Of a DNA stretch of 56,656 bases, positions 20,341 to 29,366 are shown one piece after another. The notes beneath the pieces are model-generated. The model had not been told where the DNA came from, searched no databases, and worked only from the letters and a program-made list of their open reading frames with translations. The DNA is from Thermoflexus sp. (GTDB taxonomy: Bacteria; Chloroflexota; Anaerolineae; Thermoflexales; Thermoflexaceae), in contig DATMAC010000107.1 of the NCBI GenBank assembly GCA_035573655.1, positions 1-56,656 on the forward strand, read 5' to 3'. The translations under genes and the position numbers were made by a program. The first letter of the stretch is position 1. The number at the start of each line of letters is the position of its first letter.

Positions 20341-21834
20341 TCAGCGCCAGCGCATGACCATCAGCTTCAGTTCCGTCATCTCCTCAATGGCGTAGCGCAC
20401 TCCCTCGCGCCCAAACCCAGAGAGCTTGACGCCCCCATAAGGCATGTGGTCCACCCGGAAAGTAGGTACGTCGTTCACAATCAGGCCGCCGACCTCGATG
20501 TGCTCAAAGGCCTCTTCCACCAGCCGGAGGTCATAGGTGAAGATCCCCGCCTGCAGGCCGTAGTCGCTACGATCCACTGCCTGGATGGCCTCCCGCACAT
20601 CCGTGTAGCGGTAAAGGCCGATCAGCGGCCCGAAGACCTCCGCGCAAGAGACTTTCATGTCCTCCCGGATTGAGGCCAGGACAGTGGGTTCCCACAGGTT
20701 CCCTGACCGCTGCCCGCCGATCAACACCTTCGCCCCGCCCGCGATGGCCTCCTGAACCCACGTCTCAATCCGTTCGGCGGCTTCCCGGTCGATCACCGGG
20801 CCGACGTCCGTGGCCTCATCCAGAGGATCCCCCAGGCGGAGGGCAGCCACCCGCATGAGGAGGCGGTCGACGAAGGCCTCGTAGATCTCGTCGTGAATGT
20901 AAACCCGCTGCACCGAGATGCAGGATTGGCCGGCGTAGGTGAAGCCTCCCCAGGTCACCCGCTCGGCAGCGTAGTCGAGATCCGCGTCCCGATGGATGAT
21001 CACCCCTGCGTTCCCCCCCAGCTCCAGGGTCACCCGCTTGCGGCCAGCGCGGGCCTTCAGCCCCCACCCCACCACCGGGCTGCCAGTGAAGGTCAACATG
21101 CGGATCCGCTCATCCCGCACCAAAAGCTCGGCATCTTGCGTCGTGCACGGAACCACCGCGATGCCCTCGGGAGGCCAGCCGGCCTCCAGTACAATTTCCC
21201 CGAGCTTCAGGGCGCTGACGGGGGTCTTGGTGGAGGGCCGGATCAAGATGGGGTTGCCCGCCGCGAGCGCCGGCGCGACCTTGTGAACCACCAGATTGAG
21301 GGGGAAATTAAAGGGCGTGATCCCCAAGATCGGGCCCAGAGGGACCCGACGGACATACCCCGTCCGCCCCTCGGTTCCCGGCATCCAGTCCAAGGGGACG
21401 ATCTCCCCGTAGATCCGCTTGGCCTCCTCGGCGGCCACCTTAAAGGTGAAGATCGCGCGGTCCACTTCCACCCGGGCCGTCCGGATCGGCTTGCCAGCCT
21501 CCAGGGCGATGGTGCGCGCCAGCTCCTCCCGTCGGGCGGCGATCCCCGCGCTGATCCGCTCCAGGATCTCCGCCCGCTTCCACGAGGGCATCTGCCGCGT
21601 GATCTCGAAGGCCCGCGCCGCCGCGGCCATCGCAGCCTCTAACTCCGGCGGCCCTGCCCGATGCACCACGGCCACCAGAGCGTCGTCGTAAGGGCTCCGC
21701 ACCTCTACTGCATCTCCGGTTCGGACCCAACGTCCGGCCACCAGGGCCCCGTATTCGCCCAGGCGGCTCTCCTCGGGCCGCGTCTTCTCTCCGAGCAGCG
21801 CCGCGCTCCCTCGCAACCGTCCTTGTGCGTCCAT
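20341..21834 (-). CDS. NAD(P)-dependent aldehyde dehydrogenase
   Basis: PFNFP, FTGS, ELGGN, GQSC and EVFGP. Confidence 0.93.
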   Translation of the reverse strand: MDAQGRLRGSAALLGEKTRPEESRLGEYGALVAGRWVRTGDAVEVRSPYDDALVAVVHRAGPPELEAAMAAAARAFEITRQMPSWKRAEILERISAGIAARREELARTIALEAGKPIRTARVEVDRAIFTFKVAAEEAKRIYGEIVPLDWMPGTEGRTGYVRRVPLGPILGITPFNFPLNLVVHKVAPALAAGNPILIRPSTKTPVSALKLGEIVLEAGWPPEGIAVVPCTTQDAELLVRDERIRMLTFTGSPVVGWGLKARAGRKRVTLELGGNAGVIIHRDADLDYAAERVTWGGFTYAGQSCISVQRVYIHDEIYEAFVDRLLMRVAALRLGDPLDEATDVGPVIDREAAERIETWVQEAIAGGAKVLIGGQRSGNLWEPTVLASIREDMKVSCAEVFGPLIGLYRYTDVREAIQAVDRSDYGLQAGIFTYDLRLVEEAFEHIEVGGLIVNDVPTFRVDHMPYGGVKLSGFGREGVRYAIEEMTELKLMVMRWR

Positions 21835-21853
21835 CCCTAACCTCCCACGAGCG

Positions 21854-23110
21854 TTAGTGAAGGAGCCCCAGCGGCTCCTCGATCAACTCGGCCAGCGTTC
21901 CGAGGAACTGGGCCGCCCGCGCTCCGTCCACCACCCGATGGTCGCAGGCCAACGTGAGCGTTAACATCGGCTGGACCACGGGCTGCCGGTCCACCGGAAC
22001 CACTCGTTCGACGATGCGTCCCACGGCCAGGATGGCTGCCTGAGGCGGGTTCACAACCGGCATGAAAGCATCGACCCCATACATCCCCAAGTTGCTAATC
22101 GTGAACGTCCCGCCCTGCACGTCCTCCGGCCGCAGCCGCCCCGCCCGGGCGCGCTCGACCAACTCCTGTCGGCGTGCTGCGATCTCCTCCAGCGTGAGCC
22201 GATCCGCGTGGTGGATCACCGGCACCACCAGGCCTTCCTCCGTCGCTACCGCCAGCCCGATGTGGATCTCCTCGTGGATCACGATGGATCCTTCATGCCA
22301 CCACGCGTTCAGGCGCGGATGCTCCCGCAAGGCCGCTGCAACCAGCTTGATCAACAGATCCGTGTAGGTGAGCCGCACCGAGATCCGCTTTTGGATCCGC
22401 TCATGCCAGGTGAGCAACCGGGCGGCTCGGACTTCCCGTTGCAGGTAGAAATGTGGGGTCTGAGGCCAGCTCTGGCTCAGACGCTCCACCATCGCCCGCC
22501 ACACGCTTGGCAGCGAGGGGGCCGGAGGCGCTGCCGGCCGCGCCGCCTGGAAGGCCAGCACATCTCCAGCCAGCACCGCGCCCTCTGGGCCGGAGCCCCG
22601 CACCTGGCGGAGGTCGATCCCCAACTCCTGAGCCAGGCGCCGGGCCTTGGGAGAAGCAGGGATCCGCCCTTCGCGAGGCGGGCCGGCCCTCCGCTGCTGC
22701 AGATAAGCCAGGACATCCTGCTTGCGGACCCAACCGCCCTCCGGACGGATGTCCCGGAGGTCCAGGCCATGTTCAGCAGCCAGCCGGGCCGCCACTGGAG
22801 TCGCTCGGACCTCGGGTGTTGAGGCCTTCGCAGGTTCGGGCGAGGGTTGGGAACCCTCAGGCACCGGCTCGCCCGGGGCGACGATCCAGGCGATGACCTC
22901 GCCGACCCCTGCTTCCTCCCCTTCCCGCAGCCGGATCCCCGTCAGGATCCCTGAGGCGGGCGCCTCGATCTCGACGGTCACCTTGTCGGTTTCGATCTCC
23001 ATCAACGGCTCGCCCGCCTGAACCGGATCCCCCTCTCGTTTCAGCCAACGGACCAGCCGGCCTGTCCGCTGGGCCGCGCCCAGGGCCGGCATGATGACTG
23101 CGCGCGCCAG
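21854..23110 (-). CDS. Dihydrolipoamide acyltransferase (E2, AcoC-like)
   Basis: Lipoyl motif ETDKV, two peripheral subunit-binding repeats and catalytic DHRVVDG; start probably CTG at 23110 behind AAAGGAGG. Confidence 0.9.
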   Translation of the reverse strand: MARAVIMPALGAAQRTGRLVRWLKREGDPVQAGEPLMEIETDKVTVEIEAPASGILTGIRLREGEEAGVGEVIAWIVAPGEPVPEGSQPSPEPAKASTPEVRATPVAARLAAEHGLDLRDIRPEGGWVRKQDVLAYLQQRRAGPPREGRIPASPKARRLAQELGIDLRQVRGSGPEGAVLAGDVLAFQAARPAAPPAPSLPSVWRAMVERLSQSWPQTPHFYLQREVRAARLLTWHERIQKRISVRLTYTDLLIKLVAAALREHPRLNAWWHEGSIVIHEEIHIGLAVATEEGLVVPVIHHADRLTLEEIAARRQELVERARAGRLRPEDVQGGTFTISNLGMYGVDAFMPVVNPPQAAILAVGRIVERVVPVDRQPVVQPMLTLTLACDHRVVDGARAAQFLGTLAELIEEPLGLLH

Positions 23111-23187
23111 GGTGCTTCCTCCTTTTCTGGGATGCTCGCGTTCGGACGCTCGTTCGTTGAGCCTTAGGCCCGCGGCCCAATGCGCTT

Positions 23188-24549
23188 TCACCGGCTCGCC
23201 AGCGCGCCCTCCCAGCGGGCGCTCTCGACTACAGCCCGGACGCGATCCAGGGCCCCGGGGTTGTTGAGGTTCGATTGGGTCTCCCGGGTGGTGGGGAGCG
23301 GGCCGGTGGCGGTGTAATAGTGAGCGCCCGCTACGATTGGCTCCTCGGCCGGGAAGCGGGTGATCACCTCACATCCTTCCTTTGTGACCACCACCATCTC
23401 CTCGATGCGGGCCGCTGACCAGCCGTCTGAGGCCGGCCAGAAGGTCTCCAGGGCGATGACCATCCCCTCCTCGATCACCTCGGGGTGGTCCAGGGAGACC
23501 AGGCGGCTGAAAATGGGCTTCTCCCAGATCGAGAGCCCGACGCCGTGGCCGTACTGGAGGGCGAAAGCTGCTTCCTCGTTGGGAAACCCGAACTCCTCCG
23601 CTCGCGGCCAGACCTTCACCACATCGGCGGTGGTGACGCCGGGCCGAATGAGGGCGATGGCCGCGTCCAGGTAATCCCGGCAACGTTTGTAGGCATCGAT
23701 CTGAGCGCGGGAGGCGCTGCCCACGAAGAAGGTGCGGTAGTAGCAGGTGCGATAGCCGTTGTAGCTGTGGAGGATATCGAAGTAGGCCGGGTCGCCCGGG
23801 CGCAGGATTCGATCGCTGAAAACGTGCGGGTGGGGGTTACACCGCTCGCCGGAGATCGCGTTGACCCCTTCCACGTGTTCGGACCCCAGGTCGTAGAGGA
23901 CTTTGGCCACCAGGCCGACCAGCTCGTTCTCCCGGACCCCGGGCCGCAACGCCTGGTAGAGGGCTTCATAAGCGGCGTCCACCATCGCGCATGCGGTGGT
24001 GATCAGCGTGATCTCGTCCTGGGTCTTGATCTTGCGGGCCTCCATGAGGAGCTGCTGCCCATCCACCACCCGCAACCCTTCCCGCTGAAGGGCGAACAAC
24101 ACTGGGGGTTCCACGATATCCACCCCCACAGGCTCTCGGTGGAGCCCCCGCTCCTCCAGCTCGATGCGGATCTTGCGGGCTACGTCTTCAGCCCGCCCGG
24201 CCTCCGGCGGCATGGCCCCACGCAGGGTGGAGATCCCGGCGCGGGACCGCTCGGGGCCCAGCCAGGGACAATAGAGCTGATGATGGCGAGCCGCCGAGCC
24301 AAAGTCCCACACAATCGGCTCGTCATCGCGGGGGAGCAGGCAGAAACGGGCCACTTTATCCATCGCCCATGTGCCGATGTGGGTGGCGCTGATGTAGCGG
24401 ATATTGGCCATATCGAAGCACAACAGCGCCCCCAGCTCGGAGCGCTGGAGGAGGGTTCGGATCCGTTGCAGTCGCTCTCGCCGCAGGCGCTCGAAATCCA
24501 CCCGGGCTTCCCAATCCACACCCATCGTTCCAAAGGTCTTCAGTCCCAT
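23188..24549 (-). CDS. M24-fold (Xaa-Pro peptidase/creatinase-like) hydrolase
   Basis: ARKIKT.DEI, GDPAYFDI, GHGVG, ALETF and RIEE. Confidence 0.85.
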   Translation of the reverse strand: MGLKTFGTMGVDWEARVDFERLRRERLQRIRTLLQRSELGALLCFDMANIRYISATHIGTWAMDKVARFCLLPRDDEPIVWDFGSAARHHQLYCPWLGPERSRAGISTLRGAMPPEAGRAEDVARKIRIELEERGLHREPVGVDIVEPPVLFALQREGLRVVDGQQLLMEARKIKTQDEITLITTACAMVDAAYEALYQALRPGVRENELVGLVAKVLYDLGSEHVEGVNAISGERCNPHPHVFSDRILRPGDPAYFDILHSYNGYRTCYYRTFFVGSASRAQIDAYKRCRDYLDAAIALIRPGVTTADVVKVWPRAEEFGFPNEEAAFALQYGHGVGLSIWEKPIFSRLVSLDHPEVIEEGMVIALETFWPASDGWSAARIEEMVVVTKEGCEVITRFPAEEPIVAGAHYYTATGPLPTTRETQSNLNNPGALDRVRAVVESARWEGALASR

Positions 24550-24564
24550 GGTCCCTCCTTTCGC

Positions 24565-25587
24565 TTAAGCTCGGCCGCACAAGGCCTTCGCGGCCGCCAC
24601 CACCTTCTCCGGGTCAGGGACGGTGAGATCCTCCAGGGGTGGAGAGAAAGGAATGGGAACATCCATCGCTCCCAAGCGGACCACCGGGGCGTCCAGGTAG
24701 TAGAAGGCGCCCTCGGTAATCGCCGCCGCCAGCTCGGCCGTCACCCCATAGCTCTGGTGGCCCTCGTCCAGAACGAGGACCCGCCCGGTCTTCTTGGCGG
24801 ACTCGATCAGGGTCTTTCGATCCAGGGGAACGAGCGTGCGAGGATCCACGACCTCAGCCTCAATACCCAACTCCGCCAGCCGCTCGGCGGCCTCCAAGGC
24901 CACCTGAACCATGCGACTGGTGGCGACGATAGTGAGGTCCCGACCCTCTCGTTTGATGTCGGCCACCCCGAAAGGGATAGTGTATTCCTCGGCCGGGACA
25001 TAGCCGCGGGTGCTATACATGGCCTTGTTCTCGAAGAAGAGCACTGGGTTGTCGTCTCGTATCGCGGTCTTCAATAGGCCTTTGGCATCATAGGGGGTGG
25101 ATGGAAGAACCACTTTCAGGCCGGGGATGTGGGCAAACCAGGCATGGAGGCTCTGACTGTGTTGGGCGGCCTTGCGCAGCGTGGCTCCCATAGTGGCGCG
25201 GATGACGATGGGGGCTCGCCACCGCCCTCCGGACATGTAGTGCACCTTAGCCGCCTGGTTGACGATTTGGTCCATGGCCAGCGTGAGAAAGTCCCCGAAC
25301 ATGATGTCAACCACCGGCCGCATCCCGGTCATGGCCGCTCCCACCGCGATGCCCGTGAAACCGGCCTCCGAGATGGGGGCATCGATCACCCGCTGGGGCC
25401 CAAACTCCTCAACCAGGCCCTTCAAGACCTTGAAGGGGGTCCCAGCCTCTGCCACATCCTCCCCAATGATGAACACCTGGGGGTCCCGCCGCATCTCCTC
25501 AGCCAGGGCCTCCCGGATGGCCTCGGCCATGGTGATCACCCGATCAGCAGAAGCCCCCTCAGGGTTCCGCTTTGTCAGCGTAGACAT
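24565..25587 (-). CDS. 2-oxoacid/acetoin dehydrogenase E1 beta subunit
   Basis: IGEDV, DAPISE and AAQHSQS. Confidence 0.92.
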   Translation of the reverse strand: MSTLTKRNPEGASADRVITMAEAIREALAEEMRRDPQVFIIGEDVAEAGTPFKVLKGLVEEFGPQRVIDAPISEAGFTGIAVGAAMTGMRPVVDIMFGDFLTLAMDQIVNQAAKVHYMSGGRWRAPIVIRATMGATLRKAAQHSQSLHAWFAHIPGLKVVLPSTPYDAKGLLKTAIRDDNPVLFFENKAMYSTRGYVPAEEYTIPFGVADIKREGRDLTIVATSRMVQVALEAAERLAELGIEAEVVDPRTLVPLDRKTLIESAKKTGRVLVLDEGHQSYGVTAELAAAITEGAFYYLDAPVVRLGAMDVPIPFSPPLEDLTVPDPEKVVAAAKALCGRA

Positions 25588-26590
25588 GCTGCGCCACCTC
25601 ATCCGGGATGGGGTAAGGGGCGTTCAGGGCGAAGGCCAGCGCCGCCTCCACCTCCGCCTGGACCTCGCGGGCGATGGCCTCCAGGATGCGTTCGTCGGCA
25701 AGGCGCTCCTGAAGCAGCCACGTGCCCAGCAGCCGGATGGGATCCCGCTCCTTCTTCCAGAACTCCTCCTCCTCGCGGGGGCGGTAATACGAGCGATCGA
25801 TGTCGCCGACGTGATGGCCGTAGTAGCGATAGGTTTGGCAGAGCAAGAAGGCAGGCCCTTCGCCAGCCCGCGCCCGCTCGACCAGCCGCCGGGCGGCGAA
25901 ATACACCGCCCGCACGTCTTGCCCGTCCACTGCTTCGGCGTGAATGCCGAACGCCCGGGGGCGGTCCAGGATCTCACCGGCCAGGACCTCTTGGTAAGGG
26001 GTGTATTCGGTGTAGAGGTTGTTCTCGCAAACGTAGATAACGGGGAGCTTCCACAGGGAGGCCATGTTCATCACCTCATAGAGCACGCCTTGGCCCAGGG
26101 CTCCTTCGCCGAAGAAGCACACCGCCACCTGATCCGTTCCGCGCATCTTGGCGGAGAAGGCGGCGCCGGTGGCGATGCCAACCGCTCCAGCCACGATGGC
26201 ATTGGCCCCCAGGTTCCCAGTGTCCGGATCGGCGATGTGCATCGAGCCGCCCTTGCCGCGGTTGTAGCCAGGGGCCTTGCCCAGCAGCTCCGCGAACATG
26301 CGATCCATAGAGGCCCCTTTCGCCAAGCAGTGGCCATGTCCGCGATGGGTGCTGGTGATGTAGTCGTCACGGCGCAGCGCCTCACAAACCCCCACCGCCA
26401 CGGCCTCCTGACCGATATAGAGATGGGCCAGGCCCGGCATCTTGGCGCTCATGTAGAGCTCGTTAACTTGCTCCTCAAAGCGACGGATCCGCAGCATCTG
26501 GCGATACATATGCAGCCACTGTTCTCCATCGACGGCCATCGCATGATGCCGTTCGGCGCGCATTTCGAGGCCCGGGGATGGCATCATCAA
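25559..26590 (-). CDS. 2-oxoacid/acetoin dehydrogenase E1 alpha subunit
   Basis: HLYIGQEA, THRGHGH, GKGGSMH, ThDP motif GEG...ENN and YRYYGHH; exact start uncertain. Confidence 0.92.
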   Translation of the reverse strand: MMMPSPGLEMRAERHHAMAVDGEQWLHMYRQMLRIRRFEEQVNELYMSAKMPGLAHLYIGQEAVAVGVCEALRRDDYITSTHRGHGHCLAKGASMDRMFAELLGKAPGYNRGKGGSMHIADPDTGNLGANAIVAGAVGIATGAAFSAKMRGTDQVAVCFFGEGALGQGVLYEVMNMASLWKLPVIYVCENNLYTEYTPYQEVLAGEILDRPRAFGIHAEAVDGQDVRAVYFAARRLVERARAGEGPAFLLCQTYRYYGHHVGDIDRSYYRPREEEEFWKKERDPIRLLGTWLLQERLADERILEAIAREVQAEVEAALAFALNAPYPIPDEVAQHVYADKAEP

Positions 26591-26609
26591 TTCTCCTCCT
26601 GCGCTCGGA

Positions 26610-27491
26610 TCACTCCTCTAAGCCAGCCATGCGGGCTAGGACATGGAAGACCGCTGCGAAGTCCTGATGGGCCATACTCATCCCTCGCGCCGCTGTCAGG
26701 AACTCATTGGCCACCGCAGTAGTGGGCAAAGGGACGTCCAGGGCACGGGCCATCTCGAGGGCCAACAACAGGTCCTTCTGCATCATGTTGACGTCGAACC
26801 ATGCTTCCTCAGGCATCTGGAGGACGAATGGGCCACGATATTTCAACATTGGGGAAGCGATCACGCTGTTCAAGAGGGCCTGCACGGCGGTCTCGCGGGG
26901 GATGCCGCTTTTCTCCGCCAGCAGAACGGCCTCGCTGAAGGCCAGCATCTGAACGGCTAAGCCGAGGTTGACTGCGATCTTCATGGCCACCGCCATCCCG
27001 TTGGGGCCGATGTACGTGATGGTGGGGCCGATATCCCGGAGGATCGGCAGCACTTGTTCGAAGACCGCGCGGTCCCCGCCGACCATAATCGAGAGCTGCC
27101 CGGCCTCTAACGTGGAGACGCTGCCGGAGACGGGGGCATCGAGCATAGCCGCCCCTCGGGCGGCCACCTGGGCCGCCAGCTCCCGACTGAAAGCCGGGCT
27201 GACGGTGCTCATATCGATGTAAACCTTTCCAGGGCCCAGGCCGGCCAGGATCCCATCGGGCCCCAAGGCGACAGCCTGGAGGGCTCTGGTGTCGGTGACC
27301 ATGGAGAAAACGATATCGACGGCCTCCGCCACGGCCCGCGGGCTGTCGGCCCACCGCATCCCGGCCTCAATGAGCCAGCGTGCCTTCTCCTTCGTGCGGT
27401 TGTAGCCGGTGACCGTGTGGCCAGCGTCCATCAGCCGTTTGGCGATCCGGCCGCCCATCGTGCCCAACCCAACGAACCCCAGGTTAGCCAC
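26610..27491 (-). CDS. Beta-hydroxyacid dehydrogenase (3-hydroxyisobutyrate/2-hydroxy-3-oxopropionate reductase family)
   Basis: GFVGLGTMG, DAPVSG and catalytic K..N. Confidence 0.9.
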   Translation of the reverse strand: MANLGFVGLGTMGGRIAKRLMDAGHTVTGYNRTKEKARWLIEAGMRWADSPRAVAEAVDIVFSMVTDTRALQAVALGPDGILAGLGPGKVYIDMSTVSPAFSRELAAQVAARGAAMLDAPVSGSVSTLEAGQLSIMVGGDRAVFEQVLPILRDIGPTITYIGPNGMAVAMKIAVNLGLAVQMLAFSEAVLLAEKSGIPRETAVQALLNSVIASPMLKYRGPFVLQMPEEAWFDVNMMQKDLLLALEMARALDVPLPTTAVANEFLTAARGMSMAHQDFAAVFHVLARMAGLEE

Positions 27492-27503
27492 GTGAGTCCC
27501 TCC

Positions 27504-28205
27504 TCAGCGGGTTTCCTCCTCGATGCGCACGCTGTCCTCGCGGATCTGTTGGAGGTGGGCGATCATCGCCGCCCGAGCCCCTTCAGGGTCCCGGCGCATG
27601 ACCGCCTCGAGGATCCACTTGTGGTAGAACTGGCCGCGGGCCGCGCCGCCGACCCGGAACACCTGGATCCGGTGTTCCCGCAGCAGATCGATGATCGGAT
27701 CCAGGAGCAGGGGAATCAGGGGGTTCCCAGTGCCCTCGGCTAAAGCTAGGTGGAAATCGAGGTCAGCTTCCACAAACCGTTCGGGGTCATCGAGGGAGGC
27801 ATCCATGATCTCCACTGCCCGCCGCATGGCCTCCAGATGTTCCTCGGTGGCCCGCTGGGCTGCCAGGGCGGCGATGGAGGGCTCCAACAGCTCGCGAACC
27901 TCCATTAGGTCGGAGATCCGGCGGGCCCGCTCTCGACCCAGCAACATTCCCAAGGTCTGCCGAATCACCTGGGGGATATTGTCGGCCACAAACGTCCTCC
28001 GCCCGGGATAGACCTCCACCAGACCCTTTTCCCTCAAGGCCTTGATCGCCTCCCGCACCGCAGTGCGGCTAACCCCGAACTGTTCGGCCAGTTCCCGCTC
28101 GGACGGCAGCTGATCCCCGGGCCGGAGCTCTCCCTCCTGGATCCGCCGCTCGATTTGTTCCACGATCTGTTCATATAGTCGGGACAAGCGCACCGGCGTA
28201 TACAT
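27504..28205 (-). CDS. FadR/GntR-family transcriptional regulator
   Basis: LPSERELAEQFGVSRTAVREA and FCD-domain D..FH; start MYTP at 28205. Confidence 0.93.
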   Translation of the reverse strand: MYTPVRLSRLYEQIVEQIERRIQEGELRPGDQLPSERELAEQFGVSRTAVREAIKALREKGLVEVYPGRRTFVADNIPQVIRQTLGMLLGRERARRISDLMEVRELLEPSIAALAAQRATEEHLEAMRRAVEIMDASLDDPERFVEADLDFHLALAEGTGNPLIPLLLDPIIDLLREHRIQVFRVGGAARGQFYHKWILEAVMRRDPEGARAAMIAHLQQIREDSVRIEEETR

Positions 28206-28291
28206 CTCCCCTCCTCGAACCCGATGCATCGCTCCTTTCCCCTGCCATCCCACGGCACGAGGAGGAGCCTTCCCAACAGCTAATCATCAGA

Positions 28292-28344
28292 TGGTATGCT
28301 GGTATGACCAGAACGATCCTAGCATATTTTTGCCAAATTGTCAA
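28292..28344 (-). promoter_or_regulatory. Promoter of the FadR-headed cluster with FadR-type operator
   Basis: TTGACA (28344-28339), 17 nt, TGn-TAGGAT (28321-28316); CTGGTATGACCAG (28299-28311) fits the FadR-family TGGT-N3-ACCA. Confidence 0.7.
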
Positions 28345-28468
28345 GACCTATTGCTTTATCCATCTTGACAGTGTAGCCAGTGAGGGCCAAGGCCCCTCCC
28401 CCCAAACCCCTGGTGGATCAAAATCACAAGACACCATGCCCATGCTTCCACCAACTTTGCAAAATGCA

Positions 28469-28533
28469 TTGACGAAAGCCCCAAAAAGCCCTAATATTCT
28501 AAATAGAGAAACACTGTTCCACTAAGTGAAACA
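28469..28533 (+). promoter_or_regulatory. Promoter of the IclR operon with KdgR/IclR-like operator
   Basis: TTGACG (28469-74), 17 nt, TAATAT (28492-97); GAAACACTGTTCC (28508-20) and palindrome TGTTCCACTAAGTGAAACA (28515-33). Confidence 0.65.
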
Positions 28534-29353
28534 ACGGATGGCACGGATCATGAAACGGAAATTGTCCGAAGCGAGCGCGGGAGGGCCACAACGTCTACAG
28601 ACCATCGATCGAGCATTGGGGTTGCTGGAGCTGATCTGTCAGGCGGAGGATGGATCCTCGATCACAGAGCTTAGCCGGCAGACCGGCCTGCCAAAGAGTA
28701 CGGTGTATCGACTGCTGGCAACCCTCGTTGCCCATCGGTTAGTGGTTCAGGATCCTCAGACGAGTCGCTATCTCCCGGGGATCAAGTTGTTTGAATTAGC
28801 CCAAGCGGTCTTACAGAAACTTGAGCTTCGCAAGCAAGCCCTACCCGAACTCCGTGAACTGTGTCAGCGGACAAACGAAACCGTGCATCTGGCCATCCTG
28901 GATGATGGCGATGTGATTTACATCGATAAGCAGGAGAGCCAGCAGACGATCCGGATGTTCTCGGCGATCGGCAAGCGAGGCCCTGCCCATTGTACGGGTG
29001 TGGGCAAAGTTCTCCTGGCTGCCCTGCCCGAATCGGAACTGGATGAGATCATCCGACGCAAAGGACTCCCCCGATTTACTGAGAAAACCATCACGGATCC
29101 CGAGCTCCTGAAAGCACACCTGGCTCAGGTGCGCCAGCAAGGGTATGCCATCGATGACACCGAACATGAGCCGGAAATTCGCTGCGTGGCCTGTCCGATC
29201 CGGGATCACACGGGCCGGGTGATCGCTGCCGTCAGCCTGACCATCCCAGCGTTCCGGGCCACACGCGAACAGATCGAGGCCCTCGCTCCTCTCGTCCGCG
29301 AATATGCGGATCGGATCTCCCGCAAGATGGGCTGGACCGGTGGGGAACTGTGA
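28526..29353 (+). CDS. IclR-family regulator (KdgR-like)
   Basis: GLPKSTVYRLL HTH, PAHCTGVGK and GYAIDD.E; start may be 28538 or 28550. Confidence 0.92.
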   Translation: MKQRMARIMKRKLSEASAGGPQRLQTIDRALGLLELICQAEDGSSITELSRQTGLPKSTVYRLLATLVAHRLVVQDPQTSRYLPGIKLFELAQAVLQKLELRKQALPELRELCQRTNETVHLAILDDGDVIYIDKQESQQTIRMFSAIGKRGPAHCTGVGKVLLAALPESELDEIIRRKGLPRFTEKTITDPELLKAHLAQVRQQGYAIDDTEHEPEIRCVACPIRDHTGRVIAAVSLTIPAFRATREQIEALAPLVREYADRISRKMGWTGGEL

Positions 29354-29366
29354 AGGAGGTGCTCGG

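Noticed and set aside
27985-28010. GRRTFV instead of GRGTFV in the FadR wing as an inactivating change
   Set aside because: A single substitution that cannot be interpreted without orthologues
28383-28411. Short GC hairpin with CCCCCAAACCCC tail as a further repeat copy
   Set aside because: Too short and low-complexity to assign to either repeat family
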